Shown here: in pieces, positions 20,509 through 29,744 of the stretch
Layout of the letters: each line of letters starts with the position of its first letter
How positions within the stretch are numbered: the stretch's first letter is position 1
Virus record (IMG/VR): IMGVR_UViG_3300029049_000006
Source: a virus
Length of the DNA stretch: 64,000 bases
Strand: one strand, 5' to 3'
Notes under the pieces: model-generated
What the model was told of the DNA's origin: nothing
What the model saw: only the letters and a program-made list of their open reading frames with translations
Databases searched by the model: none
Made by a program: the position numbers and the translations under genes

Positions 20509-20523
20509 CGGAAAAATATTCCC

Positions 20524-20542
20524 AATTTGCAATCATTGCAAA
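20524..20542. promoter_or_regulatory. 21-bp palindrome copy
   Basis: AATTTGCAATCATTGCAAA after spanin-like stop. Confidence 0.75.
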
Positions 20543-20569
20543 CCGGAAAAACCGGTAGTTCAAGGCCGT

Positions 20570-21060
20570 AATTTTACGGTCTTTTTTATTTGTCAATATT
20601 GTTTTTTACGTTTTTATAACTTATTGAGTACCATTTGGTTGCAAATAGTATGCACCAAGAAATTTCTAGTTTAGTTATTTGTCATTGAGTATTAGATACT
20701 TACAAATAATTTGCACTTTTATAAGTTCAGGGCATTTGCAGGCGTTTGAGTATCAATAAGTTATAAATGCACTAAATCCAGAAAAATGCGCTGAATCCGC
20801 AATGGGTGCAAATATAACCAGCTGATTATCATATCATTGTGCATAACTTGCACTTGCGCGGAAGTGCATTTATTTTACAAACTACTGAAAATGAACAGGT
20901 TATAAAGACAACCAGAAGGAAAAAACGTCAATTTTTGTTTTTATAAGTCATTGAACTATATGAAATTATAAAAAATTTGCACTTTGGGAGTGCATTAATA
21001 TATATATATATATAATGTTCGTTCCTCACATTAATATATATATACATTCTCCGTCCTTAC
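20570..21060. other. AT-rich non-coding region with TTGCAC/GTGCAA-type repeats and (TA)n tracts (candidate origin or late regulatory region)
   Basis: ~500 bp far below local GC; no ORF; repeated TTTGCAC/GTGCAT/TTATAAGT motifs; (TA)8 at ~20999-21014 and (TA)5 at ~21040-21049 flanking GTTCGTTCCTCAC. Confidence 0.5.
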
Positions 21061-21136
21061 CCTAAAGGGTAAGTACGGGGCCTGGGCTGTTTCGCCCAGG
21101 CACTCTGGGACAGGATTGGAAGAGTAGCCCAGAGTG
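21056..21136 (+). ncRNA. three consecutive perfect GC-rich hairpins (structured RNA/DNA element)
   Basis: CTTACCC-taaa-GGGTAAG (21056-21073); GCCTGGGC-tgtttc-GCCCAGGC (21080-21101); CACTCTGGG-19 nt-CCCAGAGTG (21101-21136). Confidence 0.35.
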
Positions 21137-21184
21137 TGAAATTTCCACTACTGTTCCGGCCAGTTTCATGTTACGGTTCCGGGG

Positions 21185-21535
21185 ATGAAAAACCTTCCGC
21201 AAATCGTCAAAGACAGTTGGCGCGATATTATCGCTTTTTTGCTCATCGGCATTTTCCTCTCCATCGGCGTGGAATACCTGATTCGCCTCTCAGTCATCAT
21301 GGACGTTACCGGGGCGGCTTCCTTCATTGCCTTGCTGCAGGGCTTCACCAAGTTCGCGGGAGCCAACCTCTGCGCATGGCTGCTGGGAGCCAATGTGGCC
21401 TTCCCGTACATTTCCCGTTGGGCCAGATTCGACTTCAATGCGACCTGGCGCACGATGGAGGGGTTCCGGAAAGCCCAATGCTTCCTCGCGGTTGCCATCG
21501 GGGAATTGCTCATGGCCGCCATCTGCTTTGCCTGA
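21185..21535 (+). CDS. putative holin
   Basis: 116 aa, 3-4 predicted TM segments; ends 9 nt before endolysin start. Confidence 0.45.
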   Translation: MKNLPQIVKDSWRDIIAFLLIGIFLSIGVEYLIRLSVIMDVTGAASFIALLQGFTKFAGANLCAWLLGANVAFPYISRWARFDFNATWRTMEGFRKAQCFLAVAIGELLMAAICFA

Positions 21536-21543
21536 TACGCCCC

Positions 21544-22236
21544 ATGAACGGTCGGAGTTTAATCGGTTTGGCCCTTGCGGCCCTGTCCGCGTTTTTCGCC
21601 TGCGGGGATATGCCGGCTTCCGGTCTGGTCCTAAGTGACCGGGCCGTAGATATGATTATCCGGTACGAGACCGGAGGGAAGGCGTACTACGTGAAAAAGC
21701 TCGTGCGGCCCACATGGCCCGGAGGGGACAGCGGGGTAACAATCGGCATCGGCTACGACCTGGGCTACTATTCGGCGGCGCAGATTCGTTCCGACTGGGC
21801 ATCGCTTCCGGAAAAAGACCTCCGGTTGCTTTGCACCGTGGCCGGGTTGAAGCGTCAGACGGCCCGCGCATCTGTGAGCCGGGTGCGGTCTGTCACCGTT
21901 CCGTGGGAGCTGGCGTTGGACGTGTACCGGAAAAAGACGATTCCCGCCTATGCGTACACGGCTAAAACCGCGTTTCAGGGGCTGGCCTTAACTCATCCCC
22001 ATGTGCAGGGTGCTATGGTGTCTTTGGTGTATAACCGGGGTGCTTCCATGTCGGGGGCCAGCCGGAAGGAGATGCGGGACTGCCGGGATGACATCAAGTC
22101 CGGGCAGGTGCGGCGGGTTCCTGCCCATATCCGGAGCATGAAACGGCTGTGGATTGGGAAGGGCCTGAACGGGCTGTTAATCCGCCGGGAAGAGGAAGCC
22201 TGCCTGGTTGAACTGGGGCTGAAAGAAAAAAATTGA
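21544..22236 (+). CDS. endolysin, GH24 (T4-lysozyme-like) with N-terminal signal peptide
   Basis: MNGRSLIGLALAALSAFFACG signal; IIRYETGGKAYYVKKL...GVTIGIGYDLG matches GH24 lysozyme catalytic region. Confidence 0.75.
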   Translation: MNGRSLIGLALAALSAFFACGDMPASGLVLSDRAVDMIIRYETGGKAYYVKKLVRPTWPGGDSGVTIGIGYDLGYYSAAQIRSDWASLPEKDLRLLCTVAGLKRQTARASVSRVRSVTVPWELALDVYRKKTIPAYAYTAKTAFQGLALTHPHVQGAMVSLVYNRGASMSGASRKEMRDCRDDIKSGQVRRVPAHIRSMKRLWIGKGLNGLLIRREEEACLVELGLKEKN

Positions 22237-22243
22237 TAAAATG

Positions 22244-22280
22244 TCTTGCAATTTTTTTGTGTTGTGGGTATAGTTTTCTC
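22244..22280 (+). promoter_or_regulatory. putative promoter (TCTTGCAATT ... TATAGTTT)
   Basis: -33-like TTG 22246-22248, -7-like TATAGTTT 22271-22278 just upstream of ATG 22281. Confidence 0.35.
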
Positions 22281-22490
22281 ATGCCTTACGATAAACATAC
22301 GTTAGAACTTACTCTGGAAGAGCTTACGACGTTTGCCTCGAAGAATCCGAACTCTGATGCCGGATTCGTTGAAGCGTTGAATGTGGTTCGTGATTTTCAG
22401 CGTCAGGGAAAACCTGTGGTTATTCTCTGGCCCAGCCGAAAACCGGTAGAGGTCCATGAGAGGGTCGAAAGGCGCCAAGAAGCGGAATAA
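22281..22490 (+). CDS. hypothetical small protein
   Basis: ATG 22281 in frame of ORF 22233..22490. Confidence 0.4.
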   Translation: MPYDKHTLELTLEELTTFASKNPNSDAGFVEALNVVRDFQRQGKPVVILWPSRKPVEVHERVERRQEAE

Positions 22491-22495
22491 TCGAA

Positions 22496-22516
22496 AATTT
22501 GCAATCATTGCAAATT
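22496..22516. promoter_or_regulatory. 21-bp palindrome copy
   Basis: AATTTGCAATCATTGCAAATT. Confidence 0.8.
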
Positions 22517-22548
22517 TTCATAATCCATAGCTATCGAGGGATAACATC

Positions 22549-25047
22549 ATGACATCACAAGAAAAATACATTCAAAAATTGGACGACATGTTCGCCAGCG
22601 CGGTGAGTGTCGTATTTACGCCAAGCCGTGAACCGCGCAGAACTGTAGAGGCTGTCAAGGCAATGGGGGCGCGGGACAATGTGCCGGTGTTCGTCTGGAA
22701 CGATGTGTACGGCTGGAAAGTCTTTACCGGACAGGACCGCACCGTAGGAGTCCCGGTTGACGCGGATTCCCCGGTAGGCAATTTTTATCAGGCGTTGCGC
22801 CGCATCCTGGGATTTAAAATCGGGGAAAACACCAGTAACGCGTCTTCCCGATTTGATTATGAAAAAGGCGCGGCGTATATCGTCATGGAGGGCACTAGCC
22901 CGCATCTTGGTTTGCTTCCAATGACGACAACTCTTCTCAAGGATTACGCCTATTCCTTCCCGGAAACGCTCATGAGCCTTGTGTTGATTACGTCGGAATC
23001 CTACACCATTCCGGAAGAGCTGGCCCACGACATTCTGGTTGTGGATTTTGACCTGCCGACAAAAACCGACTTGCGCCATGCATGGGAAAGCACCGTAGCT
23101 AATCAGTATGAGTCCAAGAACCTTCCGATTCCCGAAACCTATATTCCGGGGGACAGTGTGGATGCGCTTGTCAACGCGGCATCCGGCATGACGATTCTGG
23201 AAGCGGAAACTGCGTATTCAAGGGCTTTCACCCTTAATGACCGCCTGTTCCCGGATATTCCCGTTGAGAACCTTCTCGCGCAGGTACACCGCTCAAAGGA
23301 AGACATTGTGAAAAAGTCGCAGACGCTGGAAATGGTTAACCCCATTCCGGTTGATTCCATTGGCGGCCTGGAATTGCTGAAAGACTGGTTTATCACGCGG
23401 TCGGTATGTTTCAGCGAAGAGGCCCGCAAGGCGAAAGTTGATGCGCCTAAAGGCGTAGCCCTTATCGGGCCGCCTGGATGTATTGCCGCGCATACTGTCC
23501 TGCGTTACCGCCGTGGGAAGCGCAACAGCTCCCGTCAGATTACTGCGGAACGCCTGTATGCGAGATTCAACGGCCTTGAGGCGAATCCGGCGTGGTCATG
23601 GGACAATCAGCAGACTTACCTGCATTCTTACGACGTGAATACGGGCCGTGTCATGTACAACCGGGTTGAGGCCGTTACCGACGCCGGAGAAAAAGAATGT
23701 CTCCGCATCACGCTGTCCGACGGCTCAAGCTTTACTGCGTCCAGGAAGCACCCTGTATTGACCCCGGAAGGGTTTAAGCCGTTGCAGGAGATAGCCGCCG
23801 GTGATACGGTCCTGTCAAAAACAGATTTGCGTCCACGCAGGGCAGGCAAAAAAGCGGAGCGTCCGGAGCGGAAAACGGTCGAAGGCCTGAAATACTACTC
23901 TTCCGGGTGGAGGCACGCCGCCAACGGATGCGAGTACCGCAGGCAGCACCGCTCCCGGCTGGTCGTCGAGGCGTCGATGAACCGTCTGGACTACGATGAA
24001 TTCGTGCGTCGCCTTAAAACGGACCCGTCGGCATTGTGCCTTAAAGTGCTTGGACGTGAATACGACGTGCACCACATTGACGGGAATCCCATGAATGACC
24101 GCCTGGATAATCTACTGGTCATCCACAGAGCTGACCACAAAACTTTACACCACCATTCAGGTCAGGATAAATTCAACATCCAGTTCACAAAATCATTGCA
24201 GGTTGTCGCTGTCGAGGACGCCGGGGTTCAGCATTGCTTTGACATCCAAATGGCCCAGCCGTTCGACAATTTTTGCGTCGAATCCGGGCTCATTGTGCAT
24301 AATACGGGTAAGTCGGTATGCTCCAAGGCGGTGGCATCCATTCTCAATCTTCCCCTCGTGCGGGTGGATTTGGGGCGGCTGTTCGGGTCTCTCGTCGGCC
24401 AGACGGAAGCCCGTACCCGCACCATGTTGAAGGAATTGGAAGCTATGGCCCCCTGCATTGTCTGGGTGGATGAAGTTGACAAGGCGGGCCTGTCTTCCGG
24501 GGCTAATGGAGATTCCGGCGTATCTTCCCGCCTGCTGGGTTCTCTGCTGACCCACATGTCGGAAAACGAGTCCGGTTTGTTCTGGATTTTCACCGCCAAC
24601 CGGACGGAAAACCTTCCGTCGGAATTCTTGCGGAAGGGGCGGCTGGATGAAGTCTTTTCCGTCCTGCCTCCGACTTGGGCTGAACGCCGCCAGATTTTCG
24701 ATATCCACTTGAGCAAGCGCGGAATCAATATTGATGATATTGTTGACTTTGACCAGGTGCTGACGGAAAGCCGGGGATTCGTGTCTGCGGAAATTGAAGC
24801 CGCGTGCAAGGAAGCGAAAGTGCTTTCTTTTTATCGGAACGTTCCGGTTACGAGCAGCCTTTTGCGGTCCACCCTTAAAGGCATCATTCCAATTTCGGAA
24901 GCGTACAAAGACCAGTTTGACGCTATGACCGAGTGGGCGCAGAATAACGCGAGGCCGTCTTCCGAGCAAGAGGTTGACGTTGATGCTTCCAGCCCGCTTC
25001 CGTCCAGCATTCCGGAATCGTTGCGTGCCCGCCGCCGCAGGCATTGA
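22549..25047 (+). CDS. AAA+ ATPase interrupted by an intein (557-aa host protein plus 275-aa intein)
   Basis: Walker A split GVALIGPPG|C...HN|TGKS; downstream Walker B IVWVDEVDKA and AAA+ sensor region; N-terminal ~300 aa of unknown function. Confidence 0.7.
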   Translation: MTSQEKYIQKLDDMFASAVSVVFTPSREPRRTVEAVKAMGARDNVPVFVWNDVYGWKVFTGQDRTVGVPVDADSPVGNFYQALRRILGFKIGENTSNASSRFDYEKGAAYIVMEGTSPHLGLLPMTTTLLKDYAYSFPETLMSLVLITSESYTIPEELAHDILVVDFDLPTKTDLRHAWESTVANQYESKNLPIPETYIPGDSVDALVNAASGMTILEAETAYSRAFTLNDRLFPDIPVENLLAQVHRSKEDIVKKSQTLEMVNPIPVDSIGGLELLKDWFITRSVCFSEEARKAKVDAPKGVALIGPPGCIAAHTVLRYRRGKRNSSRQITAERLYARFNGLEANPAWSWDNQQTYLHSYDVNTGRVMYNRVEAVTDAGEKECLRITLSDGSSFTASRKHPVLTPEGFKPLQEIAAGDTVLSKTDLRPRRAGKKAERPERKTVEGLKYYSSGWRHAANGCEYRRQHRSRLVVEASMNRLDYDEFVRRLKTDPSALCLKVLGREYDVHHIDGNPMNDRLDNLLVIHRADHKTLHHHSGQDKFNIQFTKSLQVVAVEDAGVQHCFDIQMAQPFDNFCVESGLIVHNTGKSVCSKAVASILNLPLVRVDLGRLFGSLVGQTEARTRTMLKELEAMAPCIVWVDEVDKAGLSSGANGDSGVSSRLLGSLLTHMSENESGLFWIFTANRTENLPSEFLRKGRLDEVFSVLPPTWAERRQIFDIHLSKRGINIDDIVDFDQVLTESRGFVSAEIEAACKEAKVLSFYRNVPVTSSLLRSTLKGIIPISEAYKDQFDAMTEWAQNNARPSSEQEVDVDASSPLPSSIPESLRARRRRH
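23479..24303 (+). mobile_element. intein with HNH homing-endonuclease domain inserted in the P-loop
   Basis: Starts Cys (TGT 23479), ends ...GLIVHN (AAT 24301-24303) followed by Thr+1; block B TASRKHPVLT; block F/G HCFDIQMAQPFDNFCVESGLIVHN; HNH motif EYDVHHIDGNPMNDRLDNLLVIHRADHKTLHHH; excision restores GPPGTGKS. Confidence 0.7.
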
Positions 25048-25087
25048 TTAGCGTGGTGATTTTTTATCCTGCATTTTTTCAATATTT

Positions 25088-25125
25088 GTCTTGCAATTCT
25101 TAAATTAAAAGGGTATATTACTGAC
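25088..25125 (+). promoter_or_regulatory. putative promoter (GTCTTGCAATT ... TATATTAC) abutting ATG
   Basis: TTG 25091-25093, 20-nt spacer, TATATTAC 25114-25121, ATG 25126: would give a near-leaderless mRNA. Confidence 0.3.
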
Positions 25126-25767
25126 ATGAGCAATGATTTAAGCACTCTTGATACCGTCACCGGGGAAATGCAGACGCTGGTGAATGGGTATGTTAAAGTG
25201 ATTTTATTCAAGGTTCAGCTTCCGGGGCCGGGAACGCTGTACAAGGAAGATGGCATTTTCCGCAACAACGTTCCGGGCGTAAATCGTATCGGGTTCCCTG
25301 GGTCTATCGCCTCCCTGCAAAATGGGAGGCCGGAAGTGTGCGGAACGGTTTTTTCCGGGAAGTACAGCCTGACCCCAGGTTCTTTCCTTAAAATTTTTGT
25401 CAAGGCGCATCGGCGCAGGTCATTCCCGGAATCGGCCAGCCTGTTCATCAGGATGCGCCCTTCGGCCGCCTTGCGGCGCATTACCGTTTCCTGCCCGGAA
25501 GACCCTAAAGCCACCATTTCCGAGTTCAGCATTACCGGACGCTTCGACCTGGTAAAACCCATTGAGGCCATTGCCGCCGGGTGTAGAATCCCTGAGCAGT
25601 TCAAGCTTGGGTACGCTCCCACAGTGGTAAACCGTTTGATGCGGTTTAGCGTTCTGTCTCCGGAAACAGCCACCCGGACCGTAGTCCGCACGGCTTCCGG
25701 GGAGGAAAAAGAAGTCATTGTCGCCAAGAGGCGGCGGCGTTTGGGCGGGGTACGTTCCCACTCCTGA
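25126..25767 (+). CDS. hypothetical protein
   Basis: 213-aa ORF. Confidence 0.4.
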   Translation: MSNDLSTLDTVTGEMQTLVNGYVKVILFKVQLPGPGTLYKEDGIFRNNVPGVNRIGFPGSIASLQNGRPEVCGTVFSGKYSLTPGSFLKIFVKAHRRRSFPESASLFIRMRPSAALRRITVSCPEDPKATISEFSITGRFDLVKPIEAIAAGCRIPEQFKLGYAPTVVNRLMRFSVLSPETATRTVVRTASGEEKEVIVAKRRRRLGGVRSHS

Positions 25768-25801
25768 AAAATCTCTCATTATTAACAATAAAAAATAAAC
25801 C

Positions 25802-26287
25802 ATGAGCCATACAACTAAAGTCAAATCCGTAGTCATCCGGGATGTCCGGGCTATCCGTGCCGCTGTGCAGGAACTCCAACGCGCGGGGCGAAAAATCGTC
25901 TTGAAGGAAAATGCTGTTCCCCGCATGTATTACAAAGACCAGTTCCAGAACAGCACCAAGCGTCAGACGGCGGAATACGTCATTGAGTGCCAGGGGATGT
26001 CCAACATTACCGGAAAACCGTGTGATGTGGGCCTTGTCAAGCAGGATGATGGAACGTTTGTGCCGTATCTTGATACGTGGGGAAACTACGTCAAAGAGCA
26101 TTGCGGAAACCCGAAACTTACTGCCAAAGATGGCCTTACGGAGTCGGATATTGCCATTGCGGCTTTCTCCCAGGCGTATTCCAAGCACGCGGCCATTTTC
26201 GCGGCAACTGACCAGGGCTACACCGTGCAGGACTGCTACCTTGATTCCGCGGGCAATGTGCAGTTGACCGTAGCCACCGGATTCTAA
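25802..26287 (+). CDS. hypothetical protein
   Basis: 161-aa ORF, A-rich leader AAAAAATAAACC ATG. Confidence 0.4.
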   Translation: MSHTTKVKSVVIRDVRAIRAAVQELQRAGRKIVLKENAVPRMYYKDQFQNSTKRQTAEYVIECQGMSNITGKPCDVGLVKQDDGTFVPYLDTWGNYVKEHCGNPKLTAKDGLTESDIAIAAFSQAYSKHAAIFAATDQGYTVQDCYLDSAGNVQLTVATGF

Positions 26288-26293
26288 GCCTGA

Positions 26294-26312
26294 AATTTGC
26301 AACGATTACAAA
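26294..26312. promoter_or_regulatory. degenerate palindrome copy (AATTTGCAACGATTACAAA)
   Basis: 3 mismatches to consensus. Confidence 0.4.
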
Positions 26313-26322
26313 AATCAACAAC

Positions 26323-26526
26323 ATGGAAACAATTCACATTACGATTGACCCGGCAGGCCGCCCGACTCTGAAAGGGGAAGGATTCACCGGCACAAAATGC
26401 AACGACCGCATGAAAGCTATCGAGGATAAGCTTGGAGCCGGAAAAGGAGCCACGCGGACTGACCACCAGGAAATGTACGCGCCGGAAGACACGACCAGCA
26501 CGGAGCAGCCCATTCATATGTGGTAA
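26323..26526 (+). CDS. hypothetical small protein
   Basis: 67-aa ORF. Confidence 0.35.
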   Translation: METIHITIDPAGRPTLKGEGFTGTKCNDRMKAIEDKLGAGKGATRTDHQEMYAPEDTTSTEQPIHMW

Positions 26527-26549
26527 AAAATCAGCCCCCCCTTATTATC

Positions 26550-26870
26550 ATGAGCCAGCAAATCACTATCTATCCGGACGGCGGTATGGAATCGCTCAGG
26601 GTATCTTCCGGAAACGGGCTTGACCTGCGGATGTTCGGAACCGTGGAAGCCCGGCGTGTATCTGACATTGTTTTTGACGATGCGGCGCAGAAGTGGAAAA
26701 TTGACATACTTGGGCAAGGTCTATTGACCCTTTCCGAGTGGGCCAACGTGGCGAAGAAGCCTTTACCCTGCTTTGCACGTCTGGCGGCGGACGGCGTGAT
26801 TTTACTGGCGGAATATGAACAGGCGGTTGATGTCGAAGTGCAGTACTTTAACGCCCGGAGAGTCAAATGA
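26550..26870 (+). CDS. hypothetical protein
   Basis: ATG 26550 in frame of ORF 26520..26870. Confidence 0.35.
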   Translation: MSQQITIYPDGGMESLRVSSGNGLDLRMFGTVEARRVSDIVFDDAAQKWKIDILGQGLLTLSEWANVAKKPLPCFARLAADGVILLAEYEQAVDVEVQYFNARRVK

Positions 26871-26954
26871 CCGAAAAAATCCCCCTGCCAGCAATAATCG
26901 CCGGCAGGGGGACTGCAAGTTACTCTGAAAACACTATATCGTGCGCCGTGAATT

Positions 26955-27863
26955 GTGCCAAAATCTCATGTACAGTCAAGCGAAAATCAGGATTTTCACA
27001 AAATCTGGTGCTGGTTGTACCGAACGGTCCGCCCCGCAGTGGAAGCCGAATCCGCCACATTGTTTCCCGTGCTGGAATTCGTGTTCGACCGGACGCTAGC
27101 CTGCGGAAAAACCTGGGAAGTCATCAGGCTTTTTCAGTTTTCGGAAAATCTGACGTTGCACCGGAACACCATTTCCCGGAATATCAAGCGGCTGGTTGCG
27201 CTGGGGATTATCCTTACACGGAACCCGAAACATGGCCGGGCAATATACGCTATCAATTTAAACTGGACTGACACCGATATGATGAAAACTCCGAAGCGGG
27301 GCCGGACGGAAGCCCCTGTCATCCCTCTTTCCGAGATAGGCCGCATGGCGGCGGAAAAAGCGGCGGAAGCCAAAAAGAAAAAGCAACGCAAACTGTCGTT
27401 TGACGCGGTTTCCAGCCTGTGGGCTTCCACTGTCGTGGACCTGCTGGGAAGGGAGGCGTTTATTGCACCGACGAAAACAAACTACATGGCGCTGTTTTCT
27501 TACGCCAAACGGTTTACCTCCGAGGGTAAAACCTTCTCCGATTTTAAGGATTTTTTAACTTGGGCGATTGGGCGCTGGCAACTTATCATGCGAGATACTT
27601 TCCGCTGGACAAAAAACACCGCTCCGAAAGTGCCGTCCATTGGCTGGCTGGTAAAATTTTCCGCTCAATTCGAGGAAGCCTATCTGCTTTACCTCAATCC
27701 GGTCGCAGGAAAAAACCTTTCCGGCAATCCAGCCGTCAAACCGAAGAGCGCCCGACCCCGAACGGTCGAACCGAAAATGTCAAAACCTAAACCCCAGCCC
27801 CCGAAGCTTTTGAGGCCGTCAGGCGGTGGCGCTGGAATCGAAGAGCTTCCTGAATGGCGATAA
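26955..27863 (+). CDS. putative replication initiator / winged-helix DNA-binding protein
   Basis: LTLHRNTISRNIKRLVALGIILTRNPKHGRAIYAINL HTH-like; basic KK-rich linker; start uncertain (GTG 26955). Confidence 0.35.
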   Translation: MPKSHVQSSENQDFHKIWCWLYRTVRPAVEAESATLFPVLEFVFDRTLACGKTWEVIRLFQFSENLTLHRNTISRNIKRLVALGIILTRNPKHGRAIYAINLNWTDTDMMKTPKRGRTEAPVIPLSEIGRMAAEKAAEAKKKKQRKLSFDAVSSLWASTVVDLLGREAFIAPTKTNYMALFSYAKRFTSEGKTFSDFKDFLTWAIGRWQLIMRDTFRWTKNTAPKVPSIGWLVKFSAQFEEAYLLYLNPVAGKNLSGNPAVKPKSARPRTVEPKMSKPKPQPPKLLRPSGGGAGIEELPEWR

Positions 27864-27905
27864 CCGTAACCCTAACCCTTTATCTCTCTTTTACTTTTTT
27901 CCGAC

Positions 27906-28469
27906 ATGAACAATGCGATTTCCTGTGATGAAGTGGCTGCCGCGTTGCAGCGCAATGGCATTCCGAGAATGTTCACCCGCCCCGGATATTCCGGGCTTTC
28001 CGACATTAAAGGCCGGCAGGCCGTTAATACGCGGATGCTGTTGGTTGACCGGGTGGCGGATTGTTCCCCCGCCGCCCCGCTGGTGCTGGAATTGTCCGGG
28101 GACGGAAAAACGTCAATAGAGGTGTTTTACGGGGCAATCCGGGTGTTGGTCCTCCGATATAGGTTTTCGGTATTGGTGACTAACCTGGCAGATCTGTTGC
28201 CCCGGATTGATTCCTGTTTCGATTTTTTGAAGAATACCCAGCACCATGTGCTTGCTCTGTCCTCAATGGTGGAGGATGACCGGACGGCGGGCTACCTTTC
28301 CCAGCAGGAGCTGTACCGGTGTGAGCGTTTTGTTCAGGAGTGGCTAATGGCCGGAAAGCATCTTGTTTTTACCGGGGCAAGGCCGCTGAAAGATTCGGAG
28401 ATGTTCAGCCGGGGCTTTATCAATTTTTTGACCAGCCAGGATAATTACATTTTTGTTCCGGAGGATTGA
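27906..28469 (+). CDS. hypothetical protein (possible helicase loader; degenerate P-loop LSGDGKTS)
   Basis: Between initiator-like and DnaB genes. Confidence 0.3.
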   Translation: MNNAISCDEVAAALQRNGIPRMFTRPGYSGLSDIKGRQAVNTRMLLVDRVADCSPAAPLVLELSGDGKTSIEVFYGAIRVLVLRYRFSVLVTNLADLLPRIDSCFDFLKNTQHHVLALSSMVEDDRTAGYLSQQELYRCERFVQEWLMAGKHLVFTGARPLKDSEMFSRGFINFLTSQDNYIFVPED

Positions 28470-28472
28470 CGT

Positions 28473-29744
28473 ATGGCCGTAGGCATTGATTTTTTGCGTG
28501 CTGTTTGCGCCGAACAGAACGTGTCCCTGCTCCACCAGGTGGATGCTACCTACTTTCTTGATGACGAGCGCCCTTTTTATCAGTTTGTCCGCAACCACTA
28601 CGACAACTACCACTCATTGCCGGATGCAAGGGCGCAGGCCATAGGGAGGTTTACCTTTAACACGCCGTTGGTTAATAATGGGCAATACTGGTTTGCCACC
28701 CTCGTCAACCGGACGAGGTACAACGCTGTGCGGCGGTATTACTCTCAATTTCAGACGGCGATAAAGACTTACGATTGGGAGCAGCTTTTAGGCATCACTT
28801 CGGCCATACAATCGTCGGTGATGGCCGTCGGAGCAAGTCAGGGATATACCAACATGCATCAGCAGGCCCAGGCGGTGTGGGAGGATTACCAGATTGCCAG
28901 ACGGTCGTCCGACATGCGGGGAATACCTACCCCGTGGGCAACGCTGAACCAGGCAACCGGAGGCTGGGCAGGCGGCGATTTGGTGGTAATTGCCGGAAGG
29001 CCCGGTATGGGTAAATCCTGGTCGCTTCTCAAGTGCATGGAGGCGGCTTTCACCGCCGGGAAAAAATGCGGGTTTGTTTCAATGGAAATGTCTCCGATTC
29101 AAATTGCCCGCCGCTGGATAGGTCTTCGCGCCGGCATCAACCCTAATTTGATTCGGCAGGGGACCATGACTACATACTCCGAGCGCAGAATGCGGGATTT
29201 AATCGCCCGGATGGCGGATGAAGAAGCCCTTCATATCCTGTCCGGGGACATGTCAAAAACAACCGATAAAGTTGTGGGGATGATAGACCAGCTTCACCCG
29301 GACATCATGTTTGTTGATGCGGTGTACTTGCTTTCCCCTTCCGGAATGCGGCTTGGGTATGTAAAAAGGTGGGAGGCATTGACGGAAGTTATCCGGGAAT
29401 TGAAACAGTGCGCTATTAAAAACGGGATTCCGATTGTGATTACCGTCCAGCTCAACCGCAACGTGAAAACAAACTCACGCCGGGAACTGGATTCCGGGGA
29501 TATTTCCGGCTCTGATTCTATCCCTCAAGATGCGTCCATTTTGCTTGGCCAACGACATGGGCCGGGGCCTTTCGGCTACCGCTACCGCTACTATGACTTT
29601 ATGAAAAACCGTGACGGTGAAACCCCTGATTTTATGACGAATTTTGTTTTCGACCCGCCTAATTTTGACGAGGTTCCCATACCGGATGATGACGCTTCCG
29701 GGGAACCGGTAGAACCTGATGCTTCCACCGGATATACTTATTGA
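28473..29744 (+). CDS. dnaB: replicative DNA helicase, DnaB family
   Basis: VIAGRPGMGKSW Walker A, VSMEMS, IPIVITVQLNRNV (QLNR) motifs. Confidence 0.8.
   Translation: MAVGIDFLRAVCAEQNVSLLHQVDATYFLDDERPFYQFVRNHYDNYHSLPDARAQAIGRFTFNTPLVNNGQYWFATLVNRTRYNAVRRYYSQFQTAIKTYDWEQLLGITSAIQSSVMAVGASQGYTNMHQQAQAVWEDYQIARRSSDMRGIPTPWATLNQATGGWAGGDLVVIAGRPGMGKSWSLLKCMEAAFTAGKKCGFVSMEMSPIQIARRWIGLRAGINPNLIRQGTMTTYSERRMRDLIARMADEEALHILSGDMSKTTDKVVGMIDQLHPDIMFVDAVYLLSPSGMRLGYVKRWEALTEVIRELKQCAIKNGIPIVITVQLNRNVKTNSRRELDSGDISGSDSIPQDASILLGQRHGPGPFGYRYRYYDFMKNRDGETPDFMTNFVFDPPNFDEVPIPDDDASGEPVEPDASTGYTY

Noticed and set aside
21015-21050. GTTCGTTCC between (TA)n tracts as a possible tRNA T-arm
   Set aside because: No acceptor, D or anticodon stems can be drawn around it. 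No convincing tRNA was found anywhere in the window by eye.
21136-21543. N-terminal 136-aa extension of the endolysin ORF (ORF-track 21136..22236)
   Set aside because: It overlaps the better-supported holin in another frame (21185..21535) and has Arg/His/Pro-rich, non-protein-like composition. The endolysin most likely starts at ATG 21544 with a signal peptide.
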